Origin: an uncultured Planctomycetia bacterium
Lineage (GTDB): Bacteria > Omnitrophota > Gorgyraeia > Gorgyraeales > Gorgyraeaceae
Reading direction: 5' to 3'
Length of the DNA stretch: 39,655 bases
Assembly (NCBI GenBank): GCA_964637815.1
Contig: CAZWYD010000001.1
Location: forward strand, 1 to 39,655
The stretch's first letter is position 1, and the number at the start of each line of letters is the position of its first letter. The translations under genes and the position numbers were made by a program. The notes beneath the pieces were generated by a model that did not search any database, was not told the origin of the DNA, and worked only from the letters and a program-made list of their open reading frames with translations. Shown here one piece after another: positions 25,705 to 34,444 of this stretch.

Positions 25705-27568
25705 AAGAACAGTTATATTTTTGGATTATTTTGAAAGCCTGGAAAGAGTTGCACCTCTTGTGCATCGAATATGTTCGAGGTTTAAGGAAAAGCCTGTCGT
25801 GGTATCTTCTAATTTTGATCACAGCCCATTAAATAAATATTCAAATTTTGAGTTAGTTTATTTTGAAGAGTTTTTATCAAAGGAAGATTTTGTGTTTATG
25901 GAACAGTTTGTTTTTGATTTGACTCATCGCTGGTATGCAGGCTTAAGAAATAACGAAAGATTGGGCAAGACAAGGCAATATCTGGACATTGAATTTGGCT
26001 TCTTGGCAGAACATAAGATACAGCCGTTTTTTGCCTTCATGGTAAAAAAACTTGAGATCGCCTTGAAAATAATAGAATATTATAAGCCTACCCACATGAT
26101 TTTGATAGGCGAGCCGTGCATATTTAAAGAACTTTCTGAGTTGATAAAAGAAGACATTGGTATTTCTAGCGCATTTGTCAATTGCAAGGAAGAAAGGTTT
26201 TCCATAAAAAGGGCGTTTAAAAAGCTGCGCTATTTTGCATCAGAAATAGCATCGGATACTTTTGATTTTTTCATGCGTTTTATTGTAACTAGGAGAAAAC
26301 TTACAGGATGCGAGGTTTTTATAGACAATCGCCTTTATTTTAAATCCAAGGATTTAGCGAAACAATTTCAGACCTTTGTGTATGTTATAGGAAAAAGCTT
26401 GCAGATAAGATTGAAGCTCATCAAGGAAAAGAAAGTTTTTGCCCCTATCCTGGTAGATGATATGGTGAAGATACCTGATATTTTCAGCAGTTTTTATTGG
26501 AATTGGAGGTTAATAGAGAGAGATAAAAAATTCCAAGATAATTTCAGGTATAGGAATGTGCTGATATGGAAGATTATGAAAAGAGCCATAAAGGAGCTGA
26601 TTATTATTGATTTTCCGAAAATAAGAAAAAATATCATTTTTTTACAAAAATTATACAACGTTATTACGCCAAAGATGGTTGTTTTAAGAGAGGCTGTGCG
26701 GACTCCGGAAAAGACAATAGTATATACAGCCAGGGAAAAAAGTGTTTTGACCCTTGTTGCGCAACATGGTATCTTAGCTGCCTCCGGAGTATATACGGCT
26801 ATTCATTCAAACAAGATAGCTTTATGGGGCAGGGTTGGCATTGAATGGTATAGAGGCCATAATAATGATGTATCAAAATGTGTAGTTACAGGCAATCCGG
26901 ATCACGATTTTTGGTATTTTGAAAAAAATGGCGAAAAGGACAAGGTAAAAAGCATGCTTGCAAAGATCGGAATAAACCAAGGCAGGGATATCATTGCATA
27001 TCTTCCAGGATATTTTAAACTTAATAGGCGATTAGATCTTTCAGTATATCACTCTCAGGATTCAGAATTTATATCGCTGGAATCTGTCCTGAATGTTGCA
27101 AGATATTTTCCCGACAAATGTTTAATAATCAAAATTCATCCTTATGATACTATTGACATAAATTTTTTGCGTAATTACAGGGTAAAATATTATCCGAACG
27201 TTTTCATTGTAAAGAATGAAATTGATACAATAAACCTGATCCGCGAAAGCTCCTTGGTAGTTACTTCTCTTTTCTCATCTGCCGGCATAGATGCCGTTAT
27301 ACTGAAAAAACCTCTCATTACGCTGAATCTCTATAATAAGGAAGACTTTGCCCCTTTCGCACGACGCGATGTAGCTGTGAGTGTTAATAAAACAGAAGCA
27401 TTACTCGAAGCAGTGAATCAAATTTTTATTGACGGGAAGATAAAAGAAATAATGAGTATAAACAGAGATGCTTTTATATATGATTATGTTTATAAGATAG
27501 ACGGTAACTCAACAAAAAGGCTTTGGGAATTAATCAAAGGCTCAATATATGAGCAGATAGAAAAATGA
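25694..27568 (+). CDS. Large uncharacterised protein with GT-B-like C-terminal half carrying an HP motif (KpsS/TagF/sialyltransferase-like); candidate nonulosonate or phospho-sugar transferase
   Basis: The C-terminal half has VVTGNPDHD, IIKIHPYD (HP at nt 27137-27142) and SSLVVTSLFSSAGIDAVILKKPLI. I recognise nothing in the N-terminal 330 aa. It overlaps both neighbours (11 nt upstream, ATGA downstream). Confidence 0.4.
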   Translation: MKHRRTVIFLDYFESLERVAPLVHRICSRFKEKPVVVSSNFDHSPLNKYSNFELVYFEEFLSKEDFVFMEQFVFDLTHRWYAGLRNNERLGKTRQYLDIEFGFLAEHKIQPFFAFMVKKLEIALKIIEYYKPTHMILIGEPCIFKELSELIKEDIGISSAFVNCKEERFSIKRAFKKLRYFASEIASDTFDFFMRFIVTRRKLTGCEVFIDNRLYFKSKDLAKQFQTFVYVIGKSLQIRLKLIKEKKVFAPILVDDMVKIPDIFSSFYWNWRLIERDKKFQDNFRYRNVLIWKIMKRAIKELIIIDFPKIRKNIIFLQKLYNVITPKMVVLREAVRTPEKTIVYTAREKSVLTLVAQHGILAASGVYTAIHSNKIALWGRVGIEWYRGHNNDVSKCVVTGNPDHDFWYFEKNGEKDKVKSMLAKIGINQGRDIIAYLPGYFKLNRRLDLSVYHSQDSEFISLESVLNVARYFPDKCLIIKIHPYDTIDINFLRNYRVKYYPNVFIVKNEIDTINLIRESSLVVTSLFSSAGIDAVILKKPLITLNLYNKEDFAPFARRDVAVSVNKTEALLEAVNQIFIDGKIKEIMSINRDAFIYDYVYKIDGNSTKRLWELIKGSIYEQIEK

Positions 27569-28902
27569 AGCACAAGATCATTTTATTTTTTCCAACTATA
27601 ACAGATACGGATATTGAAGCGCAGTATGAATATCCATGGATGCCGCTATCTGTCCTTGCCCTTGCCAAGCGACTGATAGATGATGGCTATTCGGTTAGAA
27701 TTATAGATGAACGCGTCGAGGATGAATCTATTTGGAAAGAACAACTTAAGACTATACGGCCAGACGAACTTGTTTTTGCGGGCGTTTCTTGCATGACAGG
27801 AAGGCAGATTCATTATGGATTAAAATTTTCTGCTGCGATTCGTCAGTTATTTCCTCAAACTAAGATTGTGTGGGGAGGTTATCACCCTACGATATTTTCC
27901 AAAGAAGTAGCAGTGCATCCTTTTGTAGATTATGTATTTGCAGGCCATGCAGAGAAAAATATTGCTCGGTTTGCTAGGATGCTGAGCGAAGAGAAAGAAG
28001 AGGAATTGGAAGGGATATTGGGTCTTTGTTTTGTGAAAGCGGACGGATCTTTTGTATCCAAACCAAGGATAAAAGAGATAGATTTAAGTGTTTTTTTAAG
28101 TATGCCACTTGAACTATTGGATATATCAAAATACCTTCATCCTGATACACAGCGCATGCCTTTTATATCTTCTGTCGGATGCGTAAATCGCTGTTCTTTT
28201 TGTTATCAAGGGTCTTATTATTGTTCCATGTCTCCGCATGAATTAGTTGATAGGCTTCTGCATTACATGGATAGATATGGTGTGAAAGGATTCAGATTTT
28301 TCGACCCTAATTTTTTTGTCTCAAGGAAACGCGTCATAGATTTTTGTTCCGAGGTTTTGAAGAGGAAGTTGAAGATAGATTGGATTGCATTCGGCGACCT
28401 TGTTGTGCTGAGGAAATATTCCAAAGAAGATATGAAGCTTGTTTATGAAGCTGGATGCAGCAGTATCAGCATAGGTGTTGAAAGTGGCTCTCCTAAGTTA
28501 TTAGAATTATTAGCTAAAGGCCATAAACCGGATGATCTTTTGGAATTCATGGAGAGAACAATGGACATACCCTTGCATTTGACGCTGTACTATATGTTTG
28601 GCTTGCCCTATGAAGATATAGAGGATTTTAACATGACTGTGGCTCAGATTCGAAAAGCAGTATCTATTAAGAAAGAAGTTACGCCAGGATCATTTTTTTA
28701 TGCCCCTATCCCTGCTGTTAAGCTTCAGGAAGTATGTAAATCATATGGTTATCAAGAGCCTGATTCGCTGGAAGACTGGGGTAGGATTGACCTTGCAACA
28801 CATGATGATTTCAGGGAATACCCGTGGACGAAAGGGTTGTATACAGAATACTATCGTAGGACTTTTAAGGAAGTCTTTGGAGAGAATGAAAGACATACAT
28901 AA
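27565..28902 (+). CDS. B12-binding-domain radical SAM protein (class B-like) no. 2
   Basis: The N-terminus is ILFFP...MPLSVLALAKRL...GVSCMTGRQI...VWGGYHPT. The CxxxCxxC cluster CVNRCSFC is at nt 28180-28203, followed by ISIGVESGS. Confidence 0.85.
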   Translation: MKHKIILFFPTITDTDIEAQYEYPWMPLSVLALAKRLIDDGYSVRIIDERVEDESIWKEQLKTIRPDELVFAGVSCMTGRQIHYGLKFSAAIRQLFPQTKIVWGGYHPTIFSKEVAVHPFVDYVFAGHAEKNIARFARMLSEEKEEELEGILGLCFVKADGSFVSKPRIKEIDLSVFLSMPLELLDISKYLHPDTQRMPFISSVGCVNRCSFCYQGSYYCSMSPHELVDRLLHYMDRYGVKGFRFFDPNFFVSRKRVIDFCSEVLKRKLKIDWIAFGDLVVLRKYSKEDMKLVYEAGCSSISIGVESGSPKLLELLAKGHKPDDLLEFMERTMDIPLHLTLYYMFGLPYEDIEDFNMTVAQIRKAVSIKKEVTPGSFFYAPIPAVKLQEVCKSYGYQEPDSLEDWGRIDLATHDDFREYPWTKGLYTEYYRRTFKEVFGENERHT

Positions 28903-30013
28903 TTTTTTTAAAAAAGAAAAAAATAGAAAAAGGCTTAATAGGAAAATTCTTTTTTTCACTATGGGGAATAAAGAGCTTGCAAGCACGCGCACGAGAGTGC
29001 ATGGATATCTCCCTTATTTGCGAAAAAGCGGGTTTGATTATTTAATAATTTCTTATACTGCTGCGTGGTATTGTCGCCTGTTTACTAGGGGAAAAGATTA
29101 TATTTTATTTAGGTTGTTTAATAAATTTTATAGCTGCCTGAGTGTTTTAAGGTTAATTTTTCAAGCAAAGAATTTTGACGTGATTTTTATACAGAGAGTT
29201 TTGTTTAGGAAAGCAATATTCAGAATAATATGCAGGCTTAACCCTAATATAATTTTTGATTTTGACGATGCTATATATTTGACAAACACTAATTGTAATT
29301 CTGGAAATAACAGAGATAAATTTTTATCTCGTTTCAATTATATCGTGAAACATTCCAAACGTGTAATTACCACGCAGAGTGAATTTAATCGTTCTATAGC
29401 AATAAAGATCAACAAGGATATAACCAGCTTGACGACCCCAATCAATACAAATAGATATTTTCCATCCAAAACTAAAATAATAAAAGAAAGAGTTATTGGT
29501 TGGATAGGTAGCCCTGCCACAACGCATTACCTTTATGGGTTAAGGGATGTATTTCGGACTGTGGTAAAAAAATATCCTGATGTAAAGATTGAACTGATTG
29601 GCGCCAAGAGATTTAAGATAGAGGGCATAAATTTGATATTTAAAGAATGGGATATCAAGACAGAGGTTAAGGATTTGCAGAATTTCGATATAGGGATTAT
29701 GCCTTTAGAAGATGATGACTGGTCCAGAAATAAATATTACAAACTGTTGCAATATTTTTCCATGGGCATCCCTGCTGTTGTTTCATCGGTTGGTGTCTGT
29801 AAGGGCATGATTGAAGATGGCCTTAATGCTTTTTTAATCAGAGATGAAAAAGATTGGATAGAGAAATTGTCCAGTTTAATTGAGAATGATGAATTAAGAA
29901 GCAAAATAGGCATGCATGCGAGAAAAACAGCAGAATCTTTTTATTCATATGAAGTGACCGCCCCTATTTTAATAGGTGTGTTTAATGATCTTGTAGAACG
30001 GAGAAGAACATGA
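28886..30013 (+). CDS. Glycosyltransferase family 4 (GT-B, group 1)
   Basis: The C-terminal half IGWIGSPATTHYL...IGIMPLEDDDWSRNKYYKLLQYFSMGIPAVVS...GLNAFL is a typical group-1 EX7E-type region. The start is uncertain. ATG 28886 keeps the KILFF beta-strand and ATG 28961 is the alternative, while the track's start at 28700 lies inside the preceding gene. Confidence 0.75.
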   Translation: MKDIHNFFKKEKNRKRLNRKILFFTMGNKELASTRTRVHGYLPYLRKSGFDYLIISYTAAWYCRLFTRGKDYILFRLFNKFYSCLSVLRLIFQAKNFDVIFIQRVLFRKAIFRIICRLNPNIIFDFDDAIYLTNTNCNSGNNRDKFLSRFNYIVKHSKRVITTQSEFNRSIAIKINKDITSLTTPINTNRYFPSKTKIIKERVIGWIGSPATTHYLYGLRDVFRTVVKKYPDVKIELIGAKRFKIEGINLIFKEWDIKTEVKDLQNFDIGIMPLEDDDWSRNKYYKLLQYFSMGIPAVVSSVGVCKGMIEDGLNAFLIRDEKDWIEKLSSLIENDELRSKIGMHARKTAESFYSYEVTAPILIGVFNDLVERRRT

Positions 30014-31449
30014 AAACAGATTTTCTGCTCATAAATCCTCCTTGCAGAGCTGCGTATTTAGTCCCAATAGGATTAGGGTATATCGCAAGTGTCATCAAAA
30101 AAGAAGGTTATAGTGTTAAAATATTGGATATTAATGCGCTTAAGCTATCTGATGAAGAAGTCAGGGAAACAATAAAAAAACTTGAATTCGATATAGCTGG
30201 TATAGGCGGGTTGACACCTACCTATAAATATGTAAAGTGGTTGGCAGATACAATTAAGACGTATAAGCCTGATGTTACTGTAGTAGCTGGCAATATGGTA
30301 GCTACTGCTCATCCAGAATTGCTGCTAAGAAATAGCAGGGTGGATATAGCTGTCATAGATGAAGGCGAGGCGACAATAAGAGAACTTGTTCCTGCTATCC
30401 TTAACAAAAAAGATTTTAGCGAGATAGATGGTATTTTTTATAAGTCTAAAGACAACGAAATATTAAAGACTTCTCCAAGAAAAAGGATTTTAGACCTTGA
30501 TTCTCTGCCTTTTCCTGCATGGGATTTGTTTCCTATGGAGATTTATCTTGATAATCCTATGCAGGCAAGGACTATGGTGGTTTCTGCTGTAAGAGGATGT
30601 CCATATGAATGCACCTTTTGTTCGCATCCTTTTGGCAGACGCGTTACCTTTAGGTCAGCGGGAAGCATTGTGGAAGAGATAAAAGAGCTTAAAGAAAGAT
30701 ATAATATAAAAATGACAGGATTTTCTGATGACTTATTTTTGATTAATAGAAAGCTTGTTTTGGAATTTTGCGACAGGATGATAGCCGAAAAGGTAAATAT
30801 TGAATGGGGATGTGCTGCAAGAGTGAATCTAGTTGACGACAGTCTACTGAGAAATATGCGCCTGGCAGGCTGCGTAGAATTGGGATATGGTTTTGAAAGC
30901 GGAAGCCAAGCGATGTTGGATAGAATGAAGAAGCGCGTTACTGTCAAACAGGCAGAAGAAGCTGTTAAGGTGACAAGGCGAGCAGGTATGAAAATCACAG
31001 GTTCTTTTATATTAGGTATGCCAGGAGAGACAGAAAGCACAATCAAAGAGACTTTGGATTTCATTAAAAGGACACGCCTACCTATGCGCCGTTTTTTTTA
31101 TGCCACACCCTATCCTAAAACAGAACTTTATGAATTTGCTAAACAATTGAGACGCTTGCCTGCTGACGAAGACAAATATGTGGAGAGCTTAGGTGAGATG
31201 CGCTTGACTTTTCTTGTGAACCTGACTGATTTTCCGGATAAGAAGCTTGTTAGTTTAAAAGAGTCTGCTGAAAAGATTGCTAAAAGAAACTTGAGTTTTA
31301 GATTTAAGTTTGAAGAGTTTATGCGAGATTGGCTAAGAAGATTTACTGTTATTCGGCTGAGTCTTAAAGATTCGGGAGTATTAGTTACAATAAAAAAAAT
31401 ATTTCTTAGGATTCAATATAAACTGATTAAAAACCGCAACTTGAAGTAG
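30010..31449 (+). CDS. B12-binding-domain radical SAM protein (class B-like) no. 3
   Basis: The N-terminus is LLINPP...VPIGLGYIASVIKKEGYSVKILD...GIGGLTPTY. The CxxxCxxC cluster CPYECTFC is at nt 30598-30621, followed by LGYGFESGSQ. Its ATG overlaps the GT4 stop (ATGA). Confidence 0.88.
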   Translation: MKTDFLLINPPCRAAYLVPIGLGYIASVIKKEGYSVKILDINALKLSDEEVRETIKKLEFDIAGIGGLTPTYKYVKWLADTIKTYKPDVTVVAGNMVATAHPELLLRNSRVDIAVIDEGEATIRELVPAILNKKDFSEIDGIFYKSKDNEILKTSPRKRILDLDSLPFPAWDLFPMEIYLDNPMQARTMVVSAVRGCPYECTFCSHPFGRRVTFRSAGSIVEEIKELKERYNIKMTGFSDDLFLINRKLVLEFCDRMIAEKVNIEWGCAARVNLVDDSLLRNMRLAGCVELGYGFESGSQAMLDRMKKRVTVKQAEEAVKVTRRAGMKITGSFILGMPGETESTIKETLDFIKRTRLPMRRFFYATPYPKTELYEFAKQLRRLPADEDKYVESLGEMRLTFLVNLTDFPDKKLVSLKESAEKIAKRNLSFRFKFEEFMRDWLRRFTVIRLSLKDSGVLVTIKKIFLRIQYKLIKNRNLK

Positions 31450-31463
31450 TATAAAAATTTGTT

Positions 31464-32966
31464 ATGAGTAAAACAAAGAAGTTTTTCAATGATGCTTTAT
31501 TTTATTCGGCCAGCAATATTTTTGCCAATATTCTGAATTTTATTACCGGTATTGCTGTTCGTAGATTATTGCAACCGGTTCTTATGGGTCTTCTTAGTGA
31601 AATTATGCTCATATTTGAATATGTCCGCTATTCACATTTGGGTATTATTAATGCATTAGACAAAGAACTCCCTTATTTTTATGGCAAAAAAGATTATGAA
31701 AAAGTTGAAATGCTAAAAGATATAGGTTTTACAGTTTGTCTAATATCTACCTTGTCTATAAGTTTTTTTATCTTTATAGGGACTTTTATTGTAAAGTTTA
31801 GCGATAGGTTTTTGCTAAATGGTATACGCATTGTTTTGATTTTAATAGTGCTACGACTTATAAGTTCTTTATATCTGGTCTTGAATAGGTCACACAATAG
31901 ATTTTCAATAATTAGTAAATATACATTATTGATCGCTGGTGCAGATATAGTTTTAAAAGTGATTTTGACAATAAAATTCGGATTATATGGTCTTCTATGG
32001 GCCTATATTCTGACTGCTTCTCTGGGGTTGGTATATTTTTACAACGTAAGTAAAGTGAGATTCAAGTTTATTTTAAACTTTTCTTTTAGAGAGGTAATTA
32101 GATTATCTAAAATAGGTTTTCCTCTTTTTATTATGGGATTTGTGGCTATGACATTGACTAATATTGACAGGATTATGATTATTAACCTTTTAGACAGAGA
32201 AAAGCTCGGTTTTTATACAATAGCGCTTATGGTCAGTGTTTATATGATTCAATTGCCAAATTTGATGTATGCTGTAATTTTTCCGAGGTTTTACCAGGCA
32301 TATGGCGAAAAGGGCAACATTTTTGACATAAAAGAATTTTTTATGAAACCGATGTTTATCTTTGCGTATCTGTTTCCTGTTTTGATGGGCATTATCATCC
32401 TTGGACTGCCTTTATTGATAAATTACCTATTACCGGCTTATATATCAGGTCTTGGTCCAGCTTATATATTACTTCTTGGATCTGCTTTTCTCATATTGAT
32501 AAATATGTCAGGCTATCTATTGACGGCATTAAATAAACAGATTTACATGGTTATAATAGGCTTTGTCTCTATCGTAATAGCGGTGGTTTTGAATTATCTG
32601 TTTGTTATAAACTTTCAATTGGGATTGTCCGGCATTGCTATGGGAACTGCGGTAACATATTTTTTATACACAACTGCTGTGATAATAGTCGCATTTAAAA
32701 ACTATACAAAAAATATAGTAGTTCATTTGAAGTTTTTCGCAGAGCTTTATTCTCCTTTTATATGGGCTGTAGCATGGCTTGTAATATTACAAGCGTTTGT
32801 TTTTAATGCATCAGGCAGTTTTTTCAGGGATTTGTCCATCGTTTTTTGTAAAGGTGTCATTTTTTTAATAACCTGCTTGCCTCTCGTATATTATGCTAAC
32901 AGAAAGACAAAAATTATGACTTTGTTAAAAAGCGCATATGCAAAAAATATTGTAACCGGAGGATAA
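31464..32966 (+). CDS. wzx: Wzx-type oligosaccharide flippase (MOP superfamily polysaccharide biosynthesis protein)
   Basis: This 500-aa protein is highly hydrophobic with about 12-14 predicted TM segments. The N-terminus (NILNFITGIAVRRLL.P..MG) is typical of Wzx/RfbX family proteins. Confidence 0.8.
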   Translation: MSKTKKFFNDALFYSASNIFANILNFITGIAVRRLLQPVLMGLLSEIMLIFEYVRYSHLGIINALDKELPYFYGKKDYEKVEMLKDIGFTVCLISTLSISFFIFIGTFIVKFSDRFLLNGIRIVLILIVLRLISSLYLVLNRSHNRFSIISKYTLLIAGADIVLKVILTIKFGLYGLLWAYILTASLGLVYFYNVSKVRFKFILNFSFREVIRLSKIGFPLFIMGFVAMTLTNIDRIMIINLLDREKLGFYTIALMVSVYMIQLPNLMYAVIFPRFYQAYGEKGNIFDIKEFFMKPMFIFAYLFPVLMGIIILGLPLLINYLLPAYISGLGPAYILLLGSAFLILINMSGYLLTALNKQIYMVIIGFVSIVIAVVLNYLFVINFQLGLSGIAMGTAVTYFLYTTAVIIVAFKNYTKNIVVHLKFFAELYSPFIWAVAWLVILQAFVFNASGSFFRDLSIVFCKGVIFLITCLPLVYYANRKTKIMTLLKSAYAKNIVTGG

Positions 32967-32970
32967 AATT

Positions 32971-33975
32971 ATGATAAATGTTGGCGTAATTGGCTATGGA
33001 TATTGGGGCCCTAATATTGTCAGGAATTTACAAGGAACAGAAGGTGCAAAATTAGTTTCAATATGTGACAAAAAACCCGGAATCCTGATGAAGATTCGTA
33101 AAAATTATCCCAATATAAAGTTTTGTTGCAATTATAGAGATATAACGCGTTCTTCAAATGTAGACGCAATAGCAATAGCCACGCCGGTCTCCACACATTT
33201 TGAAGTGGCGAAAGACGCTCTCTTAAACGGCAAGCATGTTTTTGTTGAGAAGCCATTTACTTCAAACGTTAGACAGGCCGAAGAATTATTGGATTTGGCG
33301 GATAAAAAGAAGTTAAAGATTATGGTAGATCATACTTTTCTTTTTACCGGAGCCGTTAAAAAGATAAAGGAGCTTATTAATAAAAAGGCACTGGGCGATT
33401 TTCTTTATTATGACTCGACCCGCATTAATTTGGGACTTTTTCAGCATGACATTAATGTGATATGGGATCTCGTACCGCATGATCTGGCAATAATGGATTA
33501 TATAATAAAAGATAGACCGGTCGCAATATCGGCTAAAGGTGTTGATCATTTTGGCAGGGGGCTGGAGGATGTGGCATATGTTATGGCGTATTTTAAGAAC
33601 AATATGATTGCCCACTTTAATATCAATTGGCTATCGCCTGTGAAGATAAGGTTGACCCTTATAGGGGGTACGAAGAAAATGCTCGTCTGGAATGATGTTG
33701 ATCCTGACGAGAAAATAAAGATATATGACAAAGGGGTGAAGGTTAAGGGGGAAGAGGGCATATATAAGCTGTTAGTGGATTATCGTTCTGGTGATATGTG
33801 GGCGCCAAAGTTAGACCGTTCGGAAGCTCTCAAGGTAGAGCTGCAACTTTTTGTTAAGTATATAAAAAGCAGTTGCCCTGTAATCAATGATGGGCATGCG
33901 GGTTTAAGAATACTAAAGATGCTTGAAGCTACGGATAAATCACTGAAAAACGGAGGGAAGGTAATTAAACTATGA
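32971..33975 (+). CDS. Gfo/Idh/MocA oxidoreductase (WbpB/WlbA-like UDP-sugar 3-dehydrogenase)
   Basis: INVGVIGYGYWGPNIVRNL, VFVEKPFT, DLVPHDLAI and the context with an LbH acetyltransferase and a DegT aminotransferase support the call. Confidence 0.82.
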   Translation: MINVGVIGYGYWGPNIVRNLQGTEGAKLVSICDKKPGILMKIRKNYPNIKFCCNYRDITRSSNVDAIAIATPVSTHFEVAKDALLNGKHVFVEKPFTSNVRQAEELLDLADKKKLKIMVDHTFLFTGAVKKIKELINKKALGDFLYYDSTRINLGLFQHDINVIWDLVPHDLAIMDYIIKDRPVAISAKGVDHFGRGLEDVAYVMAYFKNNMIAHFNINWLSPVKIRLTLIGGTKKMLVWNDVDPDEKIKIYDKGVKVKGEEGIYKLLVDYRSGDMWAPKLDRSEALKVELQLFVKYIKSSCPVINDGHAGLRILKMLEATDKSLKNGGKVIKL

Positions 33976-34439
33976 AGAAATATTTATGCATAGCAAAAGA
34001 TGTTAAATTAGGTAGGAATGTTAAATTTTCAAACTTTATTAATCTCTATGGGTGTGTTATCGGTGATAATTGTAAAATTGGGGCATTTGTTGAGATACAA
34101 AAGAACTCCATAGTAGGAAAAAACTGTAAGATTTCGAGTCATACCTTTATTTGTGAAGGAGTACGCGTTAAAGATAATGTATTCATAGGACACAATGTGT
34201 CCTTTATAAATGATAAGTATCCTAAGGCAGTAAAACCGGATGGTACTATGAAAGGAGATAATGACTGGAAGGTAGTCAAAACAACAGTCGAAAAAGGAGC
34301 GTCCATAGGAACGAGCGTTACAGTACTATGTGGTGTAAGGATTGGAAAAAACGCTATAATCGGCGCTGGTTCTGTGGTAACAAAAGATGTTCCTGAAAAT
34401 ACTGTTGTAGCAGGGAATCCAGCCAGATTGATGAGGTAG
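33972..34439 (+). CDS. Left-handed beta-helix N-acetyltransferase (WbpD/WlbB-like)
   Basis: It has hexapeptide repeats throughout and the C-terminus IIGAGSVVTKDVPENTVVAGNPARL. It overlaps the upstream gene by ATGA. Confidence 0.82.
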   Translation: MKKYLCIAKDVKLGRNVKFSNFINLYGCVIGDNCKIGAFVEIQKNSIVGKNCKISSHTFICEGVRVKDNVFIGHNVSFINDKYPKAVKPDGTMKGDNDWKVVKTTVEKGASIGTSVTVLCGVRIGKNAIIGAGSVVTKDVPENTVVAGNPARLMR

Positions 34440-34444
34440 ATAAA

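Noticed and set aside
28700-28885. The 62-codon N-terminal extension of the GT4 ORF, overlapping the end of radical SAM no. 2
   Set aside because: The overlapped region encodes the conserved C-terminus of the rSAM protein in another frame. The extension has no GT-like features, and the open frame is most simply chance.
28903-28956. Cluster of homopolymer tracts (T7, A6, A7, T7) at the 5' end of the GT4 gene, considered as a slipped-strand phase-variation switch
   Set aside because: The tracts are at most 7 nt, below lengths that usually give appreciable slippage. Similar A/T runs occur elsewhere in this AT-rich window (for example near 1926 and 21990). It would only be worth revisiting if read-level length polymorphism were seen in the metagenome.
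12627-31449. A RiPP or peptide natural-product cluster (radical SAM, ATP-grasp and FemAB-like genes could suggest peptide maturation)
   Set aside because: There is no room for a precursor-peptide gene, since all intergenic gaps are at most 59 nt and carry only an RBS. No protease or ABC exporter is present. The island is coupled on both sides to nucleotide-sugar, glycosyltransferase and Wzx genes.
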